The translations under genes were made by a program, and so were the position numbers. The notes under the pieces were generated by a model that worked only from the letters and a program-made list of their open reading frames with translations, made no database searches and was not told the origin of the DNA. A stretch of DNA of 64,000 nucleotides. Origin: the human T2T-CHM13v2.0 reference genome, Homo sapiens. Shown here piece by piece: positions 1 through 16,985 of the stretch. Positions within the stretch are counted from its first letter, which is position 1, and each line of letters begins with the position of its first letter. Location: NCBI RefSeq assembly GCF_009914755.1, contig NC_060940.1. One strand, given 5' to 3'.

Positions 1-851
1 GTCTGGAGTTAGCAAGCGGTGGTCCCTGGGCCCAGCCTGGCTTACTGGCACATATCCTTAAATCCCCAGAGTAGTTCATAAAATTGTGAATTCATTACTA
101 GCAGGTAAAAGTCAGGAAATTTCTTTTTTTTTTTATTCTCTAAGTTCTGGGGTACGTGCAGGTTTATTACATATGTATACATGTGCCATGTTGGTGTGCT
201 GCACCCATTAGCTAGTCATTTACATTAGGTATATCTCCTAATGCTATCCCTCCCCCCTCCCCCAACCCACGACAGGCCCCAGTGGATGGTGTTCCCCACC
301 CTGTGTCCAGGTGTTCTCATTGTTCAATTCCCACCTATGAGTGAGAACATGCGGTGTTTGGTTTTCTGTCCTTGTGATAATTTGCTCAGAATGATGGCTT
401 CCAGCTTCATCCATGTCCCTGCAAAGGACATGAACTCATCCTTTTTTATGGCTGCATAGTATTCCATGGTGTATATGTGCCACATTTTCTTAATCCAGTC
501 TATCATTGATGGACATTTGGGTTGGTTCCAAGTCTTTGCTATTGTGAATAGTGCCACAATAAACATACGTGTGCATGTGTCTTTATAGCAGCATGATTTG
601 TCATCCTTTGGGTATATACCCAGTAATGGGATGGCTGGGTCAAATGGTATTTCTAGCTCTAGATCCTTGAGGAATCACCACACTCTCTGCCACAGTGTTT
701 GAACTAGTTTACAGTCCCACCAACAGTGTAAAAGTGTTCCTATTTCTCCACATCCTCCCCAGCACCTGTTGTTTCCAAAAGTCTGGAAATTTCACACCGA
801 AATCTGGATTTCTGATTTTTTCTCCAACAGTTGGAGAACCAGAAGACACTG
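1..851. mobile_element. hAT-Charlie (MER102-like) relic split by the L1PA
   Basis: Rejoining across the TSD gives aaaagtcaggaaatttcacaccgaaatctggatttc..., resembling the recalled MER102 consensus. Confidence 0.5.
124..776 (-). mobile_element. 5'-truncated L1PA (3' UTR and end of ORF2)
   Basis: Poly-T at 124, then classic L1PA 3' end; ORF 324..566 gives the L1 ORF2 C-terminus (MFIVALFTIAKTWNQPKCPS...). 17-bp TSD aaaagtc(a/t)ggaaatttc at 107-123 and 777-793. Confidence 0.95.
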
Positions 852-1699
852 ATTACTGACTTATGTTCCCTTTCGCTGTGTAGACAGGGACACTCAGGGC
901 AGAGAGGGGCAAGGTGTGTCCAGATACTCCCAGGTCGGATTCCAGGTACAGAACTGGAACTCGGAAATACCCAGGTTTCCCAACTCTGGGTCCTGTGCTC
1001 ATTTTTGACCCATGCAACTACCAACTGCCACTGAATCATTCTGAGATGAACCCCCCTGTAAAGAACACCCCCTTCCCGAGACAAGCAGGAGTGGTGCCTC
1101 TGTATGTCACCTAGGAAAGCCCCACGCCCAGCAAGCCCAATGGCCTCCACTGCCACATACCGTTTCCTGCTTCAGAAACTTGCAGCAGGACATGTAACTC
1201 AGAGCCAAGAGGGTGCAGCACATGAGGCCACATCTACATGGACACTTTAAACATCCTAATACCTGCAGTTGGGTGCACTGTGCTAGCTATTGGGAGCTAT
1301 CAGGGGTCAGAGTGGAAGTCCACGGGTAGAAGGGGATATTCTGGGGCAAGAGGCAGGACAGACACCAAGGAAACAGATACCCAGGTGAAAACAGCCACCT
1401 TGATTCACACTCTCAGCCCCTTGGGATGACAGAGGAGGCAGGGATCTCTTTCTCCCCGTTCTACAGAAGGGCAAATTGAGGATGGAACAGTCTTAGAAAG
1501 CAGAAGGGGAGAGCTGAGAGGGACCTTGGGATCTGAACTTGTGCATGAGTGGCAGATGTGTTTCATTTCACATGCCACCTGTGATTGACTGCTATTGCCT
1601 GCCCCAGACATTGGGGGACAACCAGTTTCCAAGCGGGCCCAATGAAAAAGAGGACCAAGATCTGTTGGTCTACAGCCACAGGCTGGGGAGGGTGAATGG

Positions 1700-2030
1700 G
1701 CAGGGAGATAGGAAAGTATTTCAAGCCGAGAGGATGCGCCAAGGCCTGCAGGGCCCACAGAGACTGGCACATTTGAGGAGAAACAGCGTGGCCTGGGTGG
1801 GCAGGAAGGGGGTCAGATCGGGCAGACCACGGGGCCAGTTAAGAAGCTTTGGTTCATCCTATTAATGGGAGCAGTACAAAACCACTTAAAAGGATTTTAG
1901 GGGGTAAGCAGCAACTGAGGACAGAGAGCTCCTGTAGGCTGCAGAGATAGGGCAAGACCAGTGAGAGGCCGTCCCAGCTGCCAGATGAGAGACGATGGTG
2001 CTAGGACAGTGTGGCCAGATGGGTGCGGAG
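1700..2030 (-). mobile_element. L2 fragment
   Basis: Degenerate L2 motifs (gggcaagaccagtgagaggcc...ccagatgagagacgatggtg). Confidence 0.5.
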
Positions 2031-2431
2031 ACCCAGAGACCTCCCAGCCCAGCACTGGCCAGATGACAGAGGCCTGTGGGTGGCCAGCTGGGAGCAAGAG
2101 CTTCTAGTCTCATAAGTCAGATTGGGAGCTGCTTAACCCTTTCTTGGTCCCTGGCTCTTTAAAACAAACAAACAAACAAACAAACAACAGCTCAGATGCC
2201 CATGGCCAAAGTGAGTGAGGCGGTAAGGGGTACACCTGGAGCCACCCAGCATGTTTTGCTGTTTTAGTCTGTGGTCTAAAGAACCATGGACCCACCCCTC
2301 CGGCCTTAGCAGGTAGAGGGGCTGACAGTGGGCCCTCCAAGCTGACGGGATCTGCTGGATTTTCTCGCCTCTGCCATAAACCACCCACCTTCTCATTATG
2401 GCATGCAGAGGATGCAGGAAGTGTGGGCTAG

Positions 2432-2796
<365 letters not shown>

Positions 2797-3454
2797 TGGA
2801 CATAGATCTTTCCAGAGAGGGCCACAGGTCTCCCAAGATGTCCCTCACAGCCCTCCTTGTCATCTGGGACTCGGCTCATGGAGCGGTTTTCCGATGTACG
2901 TGGCTGTTACTGCAGCAGGTGTGGTGCTGCGGCAGCATTTGTGGAGGCCAGCACAGGCCTATACCCCGCAGACACACCACGCAGGGTCATGGTCCCCTCC
3001 CACAGCCCCAGGCAAGTCCCATCTCCCTCCTGGAGCTCCTTGGTGTGGGGAGCCAGAGGACCAGACCTGAGGTTGTCGGAAGGGCAGGGGTTTCCTCCCT
3101 ATTCTGCCCTGTGTATCCTTGGGCAAGTGACTTATCTCTCTGAACCTCACATCCCCTGCTCTGCCCAATGCTCATGGCTGCAGGGAGTATTCGAGGCAGA
3201 AATGAATGGAGAGGGTAAGGCCTGGAGATAACCTCAGGCCGAGTGCAACTTGAACGTGGTTCCCAAACAAACATCCAGAGCCCTGTGTTCAGAGCTGGGG
3301 CTGCTCCGGTCCCAAGGAGAGGCTCGAGGCAGCAGAGGAGGCAGACCCCAAACAGATCTTGACCGCGTCGTGGCCAGCTGCAGTCCAGGAGTATGGCAGG
3401 CTAAGTCACAGAGGTGGCCGCTATGTGCCTGGGAAGCAGAGCAGGAGGCAGTGG

Positions 3455-3800
3455 GGCAGCATAGTTGAGTTCATTTGCAGTCAGCCTTGTTTGGGCTCGA
3501 ATGTGGCCCCACTGCTTGCTAGCTGTGTGACCTTGAGCAAGTTACTTAACTTCTCAGAACCTCCATTTCTACATCTGTGAAATAAGAAAAATAAAAGCCA
3601 ACACTTAGTGAGCACCAACCATGTTCCAGGAACTTCTCTAAATCCTTTTTAAGCCTAAATCATTCCTTAAAACCACCCTGGGGTATGGTACTACTCCCGC
3701 CCTGGAGAACAGATGAAGGAACGAAGGCCCAAAGAGGCAAAGTAATTTCACCAGGCCACACAGCTGGCAGGTGGCAGAGCCAGGTTGGCCACAAGGTCCC
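3455..3800. mobile_element. Two MIRs in opposite orientation
   Basis: gctgtgtgaccttgagcaagttacttaac (+) followed by cagatgaaggaacgaaggcccaaagagg (-). Confidence 0.7.
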
Positions 3801-3916
3801 TGATCCCTAGGGTTAGTGAGGATCATGAATGGTGACACGTGGATCAGGCTTGTCACTACGGCTGGCACCTGGTTAGCCTGCAGTGTGTCTTGGCTGGTGT
3901 TATTGCTGTGAGGGTG

Positions 3917-4623
<707 letters not shown>

Positions 4624-5072
4624 GTGGGAGAGGGGGTTGCCTGTTACCATGGCAGGGCTGGAAACAGAACAGGCTGGAGGAGAGATGGTGGCTGCCCAGA
4701 CGCCCCCTACCCTGAATGCCTGGCCATCAGCGCCCCTGAGCCCTGTTCAGTGGGAAGAGGGCCAGGGCAGGCTTGGGCTCTGGAACTGGGTCAAGGTTAC
4801 CTCTATGAGGATGGAAGCTGCAGGGCAGAGCCCCCTTTTCCAGCTTTTACACACTCAGGCCATCATTGGGGCTCTGTGCCCCAGCACTTTGGGGACAGTC
4901 TCCCCAGGCCCTGTGTGGATGAGGGCGTTGTGTCCAGAGCCCTCAGAGGGCACCTGGGCCCCAAATACCATCTGGACAGCTCGCCAATCATCCTTCCTCC
5001 TGCCCAGATGGACCATGAACATGCTTCACCGGGTTGGGAAGCTGCCTCCAGCTCACGCTCCTCAGGAAGGCT

Positions 5073-5369
5073 TTTTGTTTTTTTAAGAGCCTGGGTTTCA
5101 CTCTGTGGCCCAGGCTGGAATGCAGTGGTGCCTTCATGGCTTGTTGTAGCCTCAAACTCCTGGGGTCAAGCGATGCTCCCACCCCAGCCTCCCAAGTAGC
5201 TGAGATTACAGGTATATGCCACCACACCCAGCTAATTTTTTTATTTTTATTTTTCAGAGATGAGGTCTGGCTATGTTGCCCGGACTGTTCCCAAACTCCC
5301 GGCCTCAAGCTATCTCCTGTCTCAGCCCCCAGGGTGCCGGGATTACAGGCATGAGCCACCACACCCAGC
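5073..5369 (-). mobile_element. AluJ
   Basis: Full dimer; TSD tcaggaa(g/a)gcttt. Confidence 0.92.
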
Positions 5370-6753
5370 TCAGGAAAGCTTTCTTAAACCTCCTCCTCAG
5401 AAATTCTGCCTAGAAAGAAACAATGACATGAAAAGATTCCATAAACACACTCAGGGATTCAGGGCTCTTCAGCATTCATTTTTTTTCTTGGCCTCACACG
5501 TGGCTGAGTTTGGCCGGCCCTGGAATGTGCACCGACCCCAGTCCCAGGACCCCACCAGCCACAGTGCCAATATTAAAACCTTCCAGGATGCAAATCCTGA
5601 AGCCACGAACAAAGCCAGGCCTGAGTTCATCCTAGCAGGACCGGGCTTCCCACTGGCTGTCAGCGACCCCTCCTCCCAAAGTTGTCCTAGTCCCCTCCAG
5701 CTTGTGGCCACCACCCCAGTGCCCCCCCCCCCCGACCCCCAAACCCGGCATTGCTCTCACACTAACTGCAATTTGCCTCCTAGGTGACCCTTTGTCTTGT
5801 TCCTCTCCTGTGGATTGGCCACAAAACAGCCAGAGGGACCTTTGCACCATAGGTTCCTGCTCATATCTGATTATATCACTCTGGTGTGATGATGCAATTG
5901 TTGCCAGAGGAGGAGGACGCTGGTTGGTGAAATGCCTGTCCTTTTTTTTTGCCTTCTCCATATCCGGTCAACTTTCTTTTGTCCCCTTTTTCTTACCTGA
6001 TGCAGTGGTCAGGACCAGGGCTGAAACTCCAAGTACTGGACGCCGGGATGATTCCTAGGCAATAAACTGTAACTGTTTTTAAACTTTGTTGGAATTCCTA
6101 AGGGCCTGAGGGGGCGTGTTGTGCCTCCACACCCTCTGGCAAAATCGGGGTTCACAGTGAAAGCAGCTATATTGACTGGTGCTAAAAATAACCCACTAAC
6201 TCCACACCTGGGTAACCTTACTTTATCTGAATGGCAGTGGACTCAGGGGGAGGTGCTTACTGGACTAGCTCTACTGCCTGCAATCTGGATGAGCACGGTG
6301 GCCAAAAATAATGTCCCTTCCACAGAGGGAAAAGCTTGGGCATAAATGGAGAGAAGGAGAAAAAGTAGCTGAGGATAAAGGAAGGAAGGAAGGGGTTACA
6401 TAGTGAGGGAAATCCAATATACTCTAACATCTTGAAAGAGGCACACAGCAAGAAACGAAAGTGTATCTTAGCTCAATCATAGCAGATGCCTGAAAGGGTG
6501 AGGCTACGTCTGCCAAGACCACTCCTGCTTTTGGAACCTGACAAGATCAATGCAAGCCTGCAAACCCGAGTGGCTTCCCCTGGGAGACATTTTCATATGA
6601 CGTGGTGGTGGACTGGACGAATTATTAACGACTGAATGGGATTCTAGTAACATGCCAGTATTTTTTGAGTTATATGTCCTTTTGCTATAAGGGATCCGTG
6701 TCTGAAGAGTGAAAGGTGGACTGTGATATTGTGATTTATAATATGAAATACAG

Positions 6754-7052
6754 GGCCAGGCCCAGTGGTGTGTGCCTGTGATCCCAGCTACTTGAGAGGC
6801 CGAGGCAAGAGAATCGCTTGAGCCCAAGAGTTTGAGAACAGTCTGAGTAACACAGTGAGACCTCGTTTCAACAAAAATTTAAAAATTAGCTGGGTGAGAT
6901 GGCAGACACCTGTAGTCCTAGCTACTCATGAAGCTGAGATGGGAGGATTACTTGAGCCCAGGAATTCAAGGCTGCAGTGAGCTATAATTGAGCCATTGCA
7001 CTCCAGCCTGGGTAACAGAACAAGACCCTGTCTCTAAAGAAAAAAAAAAAAA
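6754..7052 (+). mobile_element. AluJ
   Basis: Full dimer with A tail. Confidence 0.92.
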
Positions 7053-7624
7053 GAAACATATTTGTATTTTGGTCTTTATCCCCAGTTCCTGATACTGGAG
7101 AAATTCCTAATCCCTTGAAATTTCCTGGGTGATGGGAGTGTCTTTTGTTCTGATGAAGTGAATCTTGGTGAGTTCCTGGGTTCCTGAACGGGGCTGGGAA
7201 CCAGAAAGACCAAGCCACTACTAGAAACTTGGATTCCCCCACCCCCATCCTCTGGGTAAGGGTAAGAGGTGGGAGAGTGAGTTAAAAATCAATCATGACT
7301 AAATGATGACATCCATAAAAATCCCAGAACTACGTGAGGTGGGAGAGCTTCCAGGCTGCTGAAGACATCCACATGCTGGGACAGTGGTGCACCCCAACTC
7401 CATGGAGACAGAGGCTGCTACACTCAGCATTCTTCCAGACCTCACCCTATGTACCTGTTCATCGGATGTTCAATCCACACCCTTTATCACATCCTTCATA
7501 ACCAATAAGCTGGCAAGTGTGTTTCCCCGAGTTCCCTGAATCATCCTAGCAAATTATCTAACCCAATGAGGGAGTTGTGGTAATTCTGATTTACAACCAG
7601 TCCATCAGAAGTACAGGTGACAGA

Positions 7625-7938
7625 GGCTGGGCGAGGTGGCTCACGCCTGTAATTTCAGCATTTTGGGAGGCTGAGGTGGGAAGATTACTTGAGGCCAGGA
7701 GTTTGAGATCAGCCTGGGCAATATAGTGAGACCCCATCTCTACAAAATGAAAATGAAAATAAAAATAAATTAGCCGGACGTGGTGGTGTGTGCCTGTAGT
7801 CCTGGCTATTCAGGAGACTGAGGTGAGAGGATTGTTTGGGCCCAGGAGTTCAAGGATGCGGTAAGCTACAATTGTGCCACTGCATTCCAGCCTAGGTGAC
7901 AGAGCAAGGCTTTGTCTAAAAAAAAAAAAAAAAAAAAA
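7625..7938 (+). mobile_element. AluJ
   Basis: Full dimer; TSD ga(a/g)gtacaggtga. Confidence 0.92.
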
Positions 7939-8671
7939 GAGGTACAGGTGAAAACCTGGGACTTGTGATTGGCATCTGAACTGGGGGGTAGCATTGCAGA
8001 ACTAAGCCCTTAACGGGTGGAGTCTGCAGTAGCTCTGGGTAGTGTCAGAATTGAAATGAACTGTAGACACCCAGTCGATGTCCACAGACAATTGGAGAAT
8101 TGCTTGGTGCAGGGAAAAACCCTAGACATCTGGTTGCAGAAGTGTTCTGTGTTGAGGGTTGAGAGTGTATGGGAGAAACAGTTTGTTTTCCTATTCTGTA
8201 AGCACTAGCATGCTCTCACTCGCTGCAGCTCCCACTGGCTCCCGAGCCCTACTCCTTCTCCAAGGGTTTTGGTCTTCTCTGCTTCTCTGCACCCACTGCA
8301 GGGCCAACCCTGGGCCAGGCCAGCGTCCTTGGCAGCTCGGGCCCGGGTCTGCCAGGCTCGGTTGGTGAAGAAAGCCTGCCTCTTGCATTCACCCTAGGAA
8401 CGCAGAGAACTCGGGAATGTTTGGCTTGGTGCAGACATCTCTGAGCTTTGGGGCCTCCCAGTCCTTATCTGCCCCACTGCAACCTTGAGAATATCTCAGC
8501 CAGAGCCTGGGCGTGAGCTTGGGGCAGAGGTCTGGGGGTGTGACCACCTGCCTGGGAATCCACATCCTCTGATAGGCTCAGTCTGCCCCCATTTTCCCTG
8601 CACACCCTATACCCCCTAATTGCTTTCCAGAGGCTCAGACATACCTTCCAGAAGGGCTTGGTCAAAGTCAC

Positions 8672-9150
8672 CATATTAGTTAACTATTGCTGCTGTAACA
8701 AATTATCACAAACTTAGCAATGTAAAACAACATAAACTTATTATCACACGGTGTGTGAGGTCAGAAGTCTGAAATGGGCCTCGCTGGGGGTAAAATCAAG
8801 GTGTTGGCAGGACTGTGTTATTTCTGGAGAATCCATTTCCTTTTTTTTCTAGCTTCTAAAAGCCACCTGCATCCATTGCTTCATGGTCCCCTCCTCCATG
8901 TTCAGAGTCAGAATTCACTGCACTGCCTTCAAATCTCTGACTCTGTTCCCTCTTCCTCGTCCTTCTACTTTAGAAGACACTTGTGATTCCATCAGGCACC
9001 CAGATGACCAAGAGGATCTTATTTTAAGGTGAGCCAATAGCAACCTTAATTTCATCTGCAACCTTAATTCCCGCTTGCCATTTTACATAACATACCCACA
9101 GATTCCAGAGACTGGCATGCAGACTTGTATGGGAGCCATCATTCTGCCCC
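8672..9150 (-). mobile_element. MLT1C/D-type LTR
   Basis: tattagttaactattgctgctgtaacaaattatcacaaacttag... start. Confidence 0.75.
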
Positions 9151-9330
9151 CGTGAAAGGCATCATGGCCCAGTTAGAGGCAGAGAGAAGGCACAGGTGGT
9201 AGTTAGGAGAGTGGGTCCTGATGCAATCACCTGGGTTCAAGTTCACCAGCCAAGGTACTTTGGGCAACTCACTTCACTTCACTTTCTGAGCTTTAGTCTC
9301 CTCGTTGTGTAAATGGGACATGAGGCCAGA

Positions 9331-9632
9331 GGCCAGACTTGGTGGATCATGCCTGTAATTCCAGCATTTTGGCAGAGTGAGGAGGGAGGAGTTTCTTGAA
9401 GCCAGAAGTTGGAGACCAGTCTGAGCAACATAGTGAGACCCCATCTCTGCAAAAAATTTAAAAATCAGCTGGGTGTGGTGGCATGCACCTGTGGTGACAG
9501 CTACTCAGGAGGCTGAGGCTGGAGGATCAATTGAGCCCAGGAGTTCAAAGCTGCAGTGAGCTATGATTGTGCCACTGCCACTGCAGACGGGGTCCTCACC
9601 CTGTTGCTAAAACAAATAAATAAACAAACAAG
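9331..9632 (+). mobile_element. AluJ with inverted 3' terminus
   Basis: Dimer; bases 9585-9607 are the reverse complement of the Alu 3' end. Confidence 0.9.
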
Positions 9633-9647
9633 CTAAATTGGGAGATG

Positions 9648-10334
<687 letters not shown>

Positions 10335-10342
10335 TGGGAACC

Positions 10343-10633
10343 GGTGGGGTGCAGTGGCTCATGCCTATAATCCCAGTACTTTGGGAGGCCGAGGCAGGTG
10401 GATCACCTGAGGTCAGGAGTTCAAGACCAGCCCCAATATGATGAAACCCCCTCTCTACTAAAAACACAAAAATTAGCTGGGCGTAGTGGCACGCACCTGT
10501 GGTCCCAGCTACTCAGGAAGCTGAGGCAGGAGGATTGCTTGAACCCAGGAGGCAGAGGTCGCAGTGAGCCGAGATTGCACCACTGCACGATCCAGCCTGG
10601 GTGATAGAGTGAGACTCTGTCTCAATAAAAAAT
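10343..10633 (+). mobile_element. AluS
   Basis: Dimer, gatcacctgaggtcaggagttc. Confidence 0.92.
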
Positions 10634-10794
10634 AGGGGGAACAGATGAACTGATGACAGTGTCTTCGGCATAGGGTGATGGTGTAAATTAAATGAGTTAA
10701 TTCATGAAAAACCGCAGGACAACACCTGGCAGGTGGTAAGTGCTCAGAAAGCACTACCCAACCTCATCGTTGATGTTTTTTTCGGGATAAACGG

Positions 10795-10945
10795 CAGTGG
10801 TTTCCACCTGGCTGCACATTAGGATCACCTAGCAAATTTTTTTTTAAGTTCAGTGGCCTGGGCTTCCCCCAGAGAGAGTCTGATTCAGCTGACCTGCGGT
10901 GGGGCTTGGGGCTGGGAATTTTTAAAGCTCTGTAGGTGATTTTAT
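10795..10945. mobile_element. MER5-type hAT element
   Basis: ctggctgcacattaggatcacct...tgattcagctgacctgcggtggggc...tttaaagctc. Confidence 0.65.
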
Positions 10946-10973
10946 AGGATTTTAGTAAGTCAGGATTTTTCTT

Positions 10974-11334
<361 letters not shown>

Positions 11335-11679
11335 TGATGCGGAAACTATGCTAATATCTTCCAGATAGTTCTGTCCTGAAGGCCAGCTCTGGCCACATTA
11401 ATTTATTCTGCAAATGTAGCTGACTATGCTGTGCAGCCCTGACCAGACGTTGGGGACATAAAGGTGGATCCAACTTCCCACCCTGCGGGATGCCCGGTCT
11501 AAGGAGAGAGATGAACACAAAACAGATCCACACAGGGAAGAAAAGGCCACAAGAGGCAGGCACACAAGAAGCTTCCAGGGCATAGAGGAGCTGGGGAAAG
11601 CTTCACAGAGGAGGAGGTGTCATTTTTGCAGGGTTTTGCAGAATGTATAGGAGTTTGCCAGAGAAGAAGAAGAGCATCA

Positions 11680-12530
<851 letters not shown>

Positions 12531-13004
12531 TGTGTTCAGAGAGTAATAATAATGATGAAGATGGTAACACCTTACATAGATATTGAGCACTTACATGTGC
12601 CTGACATCCTTCTGAATTCTCTTCATATAGTAACTCATTGAGTCCCCACCACTGCCTAAGGAAAGTGGAGACCTTCTGCAAAGTCAGAGTTGACAAGTAA
12701 AAGAGGTGAGACTGAAACCCAGTCAGCCTGGCTGCAATGCCCAGCATAGCTGCTACCCTATTCTGCCTCCTAGCTGCAGAGACCGGCGTGACTGGATCTT
12801 GCGGTGCCTGTGGGGAGGAGCTGGAGCTGCATCTGGGGAGGAGGAAGTGCAGGGGCCCAGAGGCCCTTGCCAGTCACTCAGGAGAGTCTGGAGTTCAAGC
12901 CAAGAACAGTGGGGGCCGCTGAGGGGTCTTACCCCTCCAGAGGCTGGTAAAGAGTGACTGGATGAAGTAAAGCCAGTGCTGGGAGACGAATCAGCAATTG
13001 AATC

Positions 13005-13155
13005 AAATTATAATATGTACTATATATTATACTATATATTATTATTTATATATAATATTTTTATATATAATTTATATGTTTTATATGTAATATATCTAAA
13101 ATACATATACATATACTACATGGTATAGTATATAGATGTATATATAGTATATTGT
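13005..13155. repeat. TA-rich low-complexity tract
   Basis: Near-pure A/T, degenerate (TA)n. Confidence 0.9.
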
Positions 13156-13355
13156 TACAGGATCTTTGGGGTATTGCTTTTCTGGCTGGAAACCTCTGTG
13201 GCTGGTGGTGCCTTTGCCTAAGTTCTTGTCCTACATCCAGGAAGAAAACAAGTGGAGGTTGAGCCAGATGAAGAGGAGCTTTACTGAGGTTAGAACAGCT
13301 CAGAGGAGACTGGCAGTGGGTAGCTCCTCCCTGTAGGCAGTCAGGTCATCCCCTG
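13154..13355. mobile_element. ERV1 LTR fragment (MER50/MER52-like)
   Basis: tgttacaggatctttggggtattgcttttctggctggaaacctctgtggctggtggtgcctttgcc resembles the recalled terminus. Confidence 0.6.
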
Positions 13356-13502
13356 GATTCCAGTTGGGATATTAGGGTAGATGAGACACAAGGTAGGGCA
13401 CTGTCATGGGGGAAGAGGGTAGTCTCCACTGGGGGATGTTGAGCTTAGGGGTCCTGTGTGGAGATGACCTGTGGGGAGATGACTGGGCATAACGGTTTGG
13501 AG

Positions 13503-13676
13503 GGCCAGGTGCAGTGGCTCATGCTTGCAATCCTAGAACTTTGGGAGGCCGAAGCAGGAGGGTCACTTGAGCCAGGAGTTGCAGGCTGCTGTGGACCATG
13601 ATTGTGCCACTGCACTCCAGCCTGCGTGACAGAACAGGATTCCATCTCAAAAAAACAAAACAAAACAAACAAAAAG
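13503..13676 (+). mobile_element. Alu monomer (FRAM/FAM-like)
   Basis: Single monomer with A-rich tail. Confidence 0.85.
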
Positions 13677-13999
13677 GTTTGAGGGGAAGATCTAGATGGA
13701 AGAGAGAGACCTAGAAGGATCAGCAGAGGAGGAGGTGCAAAGAGAAACTTGGGAAGTGGAAAAGGTCGCCCTTCCACAAACAGAAGGTTTGTGGTGTAAA
13801 GAGAGCAGATGGTGGAGGAATGGGTCACTGGAGGACCACCACTGGAGGGAGTGTGAGGTAGGAGATCAGAGAAGAATGTGGCATTTGCAAAGAAGGAGTG
13901 CTTTAAAATGCAACCGGCCTTGGCATGAGGACTCTGAAGCCCCGGGATGTGGCCAGGACCCCAAGATGGACCTTGCAGCGAGAGAGCAGCTCACGTTTT

Positions 14000-14050
14000 C
14001 TGGCTTCTGTACTGAGTCACACTGGCTAAGAGTGTCCTTATTCCATCCTT
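14000..14050 (+). repeat. Left arm of 51-bp unique-sequence inverted repeat
   Basis: Reverse complement matches 15201-15251 at 45/51 with no gaps. Confidence 0.9.
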
Positions 14051-14732
14051 CTGTGGATCCGGAGTAGCACAACCCCGACCAAGATTGTTCCCTCACGTTC
14101 TCCAAGCTTGGGAAGCCAGTCACCAACTGCCTGTGGGAGGAAGGGATGTTTGTGTAGGCGGCTCTAGTTCCTTGGGGTTGTTCTGCCGAGAGTAGGCTTT
14201 TCCCTGTTTTTTTCAAGAGCTGTCTTAATTTCCTCCTCCTCTCTGCACACACCTGTCAGGGGACCTAAATGTAGAGGAACCCACTTTTAAACAGACACTT
14301 AACAGAAACACACTCAGAAATCTACACTTTCAGGCTGGGGTTCCTCTTAAGATCCCATGTCTTCTTGAGTCATTGCAGTGGTAGCAACTTCAAGAGGAGG
14401 GAACAGCGCCTTAAAAACCCTTCATAGCATCCACATGGGACTAACGTTGCTTCTCTGAGTTCTCAAAGCCCAATTTAATCCAAGCTTATTAACACATAAC
14501 ATATTAATTTGCCTTTTAAATATGTTCTGCACTGTATGAGAGTAACAAATTTAATAATATCGGAAATAAGAATTTCATATGTTAATTAATTACAAGGTTT
14601 CCCTTTCTTTGAGAAGCTCTATCCAGTTGGGGTTACCCTCTGTGGACGACAGACCACTGGAAAGGGAGACAGTTTCAGGTCCTTCCCCAACTCCATTCCC
14701 AAATTGCAATAAAAAAAAAAGAAGAAGAGATG

Positions 14733-15200
<468 letters not shown>

Positions 15201-15251
15201 AAGGATGTAATGAGGAGACTCTTAGCCAGAGGGACTCAGGACAGAAGCCAG
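15201..15251 (-). repeat. Right arm of 51-bp inverted repeat
   Basis: aaggatgtaatgaggagactcttagccagagggactcaggacagaagccag versus the reverse complement of 14000-14050. Confidence 0.9.
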
Positions 15252-15930
15252 GTGTCAATTTGGTTTCTAGCTCCAGCTGCAGAGCTCATTGAGAGCTAAA
15301 AGAGGAGTGGGGGCTTATCTCCGACTCCCCTGCAGTGGCAAAATGGTCTCCAGTGCCCAGAGAGCACCCACAGGCGAAGGAACACAGGACCTGGCAGTTG
15401 GAAATCAGGCTGGTGTGTACTGAAGTGGCCAGGGTGAAGGAACCTGTGTGAGGCACAGGCATTGGTGATACAGCCCAGATCCAAGGGCCCTGGGCACAAT
15501 CCCCGGTCCCGGCACATGTTGGTGGGGCCATTAGTTCTTGGATTGTGCTATGTGTTGAAGGACTTCAGCCCTAGCTTCTCCTGGCCAGAGGAGACTCTAA
15601 GCCCCTAGACCTAAACCATTCAGCAAGTAATTTTCAGCAATCATGAGGCACTAGACACTGGTTAGATCTGGAGCCTCAGCCATGGGTGACACTTGGCTTT
15701 GTCCTGAACATGTAGGCAGTCTGGGACCTCTATGCTACCCAGAGTGGCATGTGAAGCCCTGGTGACAGGCACGGTCACTCCAGTGGTTGCAGACACACTT
15801 TTTTCTTTTTTGCTTTGTTAGTTATGTATTTATTTAATGAGTATTGAAAACAAAGTTTACTATCCAATTCTTGCTTTCATGGATATTATTGCTTAGGAAA
15901 TATAGCTGAGTTTAAAAAGTGAGCCAACCT

Positions 15931-16646
<716 letters not shown>

Positions 16647-16672
16647 TGTGAGTCAATTAAAACATTGATTTA

Positions 16673-16985
16673 GGCCAAGTGCAGTGGCTCACACCTATAG
16701 TCCCAACACTTCGGGAGGCCGAGGCAGGAGGTTCACTTGAGTCCAGGAGTTCAAGACCAGCCTGAGCAACACAGTGAGACCCCTGTCTCTACAACAACTT
16801 CAAAAGAAAAAAAAATAGCCAGCATGGTGGCATGTGCCTATAGGTCCCAGATACTCAGGAGGCTGAGGTGGGTGGATCACTTGAGCCCAGGGGTTCAAGG
16901 CTCCAGTGAGCTGTGATTGTGTCGCTGCCCTCCAGCCTGGGTAACAGAGCAAGACCCTGCCTTTAAAAACTTAATAAAAAATTTT
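16673..16985 (+). mobile_element. AluJ
   Basis: Dimer; TSD aaaacattgattta. Confidence 0.92.

Larger units (their letters stand above)
6722..8195 (+). mobile_element. MER21-type ERV LTR carrying two Alus
   Basis: Starts tgtgatattgtgatttataata; internal gcaccccaactccatggagacagaggct and ctgggacttgtgattggcatctgaa match the recalled MER21B/C. Confidence 0.8.

Noticed and set aside
324-566. L1 ORF2 C-terminal peptide
   Set aside because: Fragment of a 5'-truncated L1PA, not a functional gene.
6598-6605. TGACGTGG (UPRE/CRE-like) motif
   Set aside because: A single 8-mer without promoter context is expected by chance.
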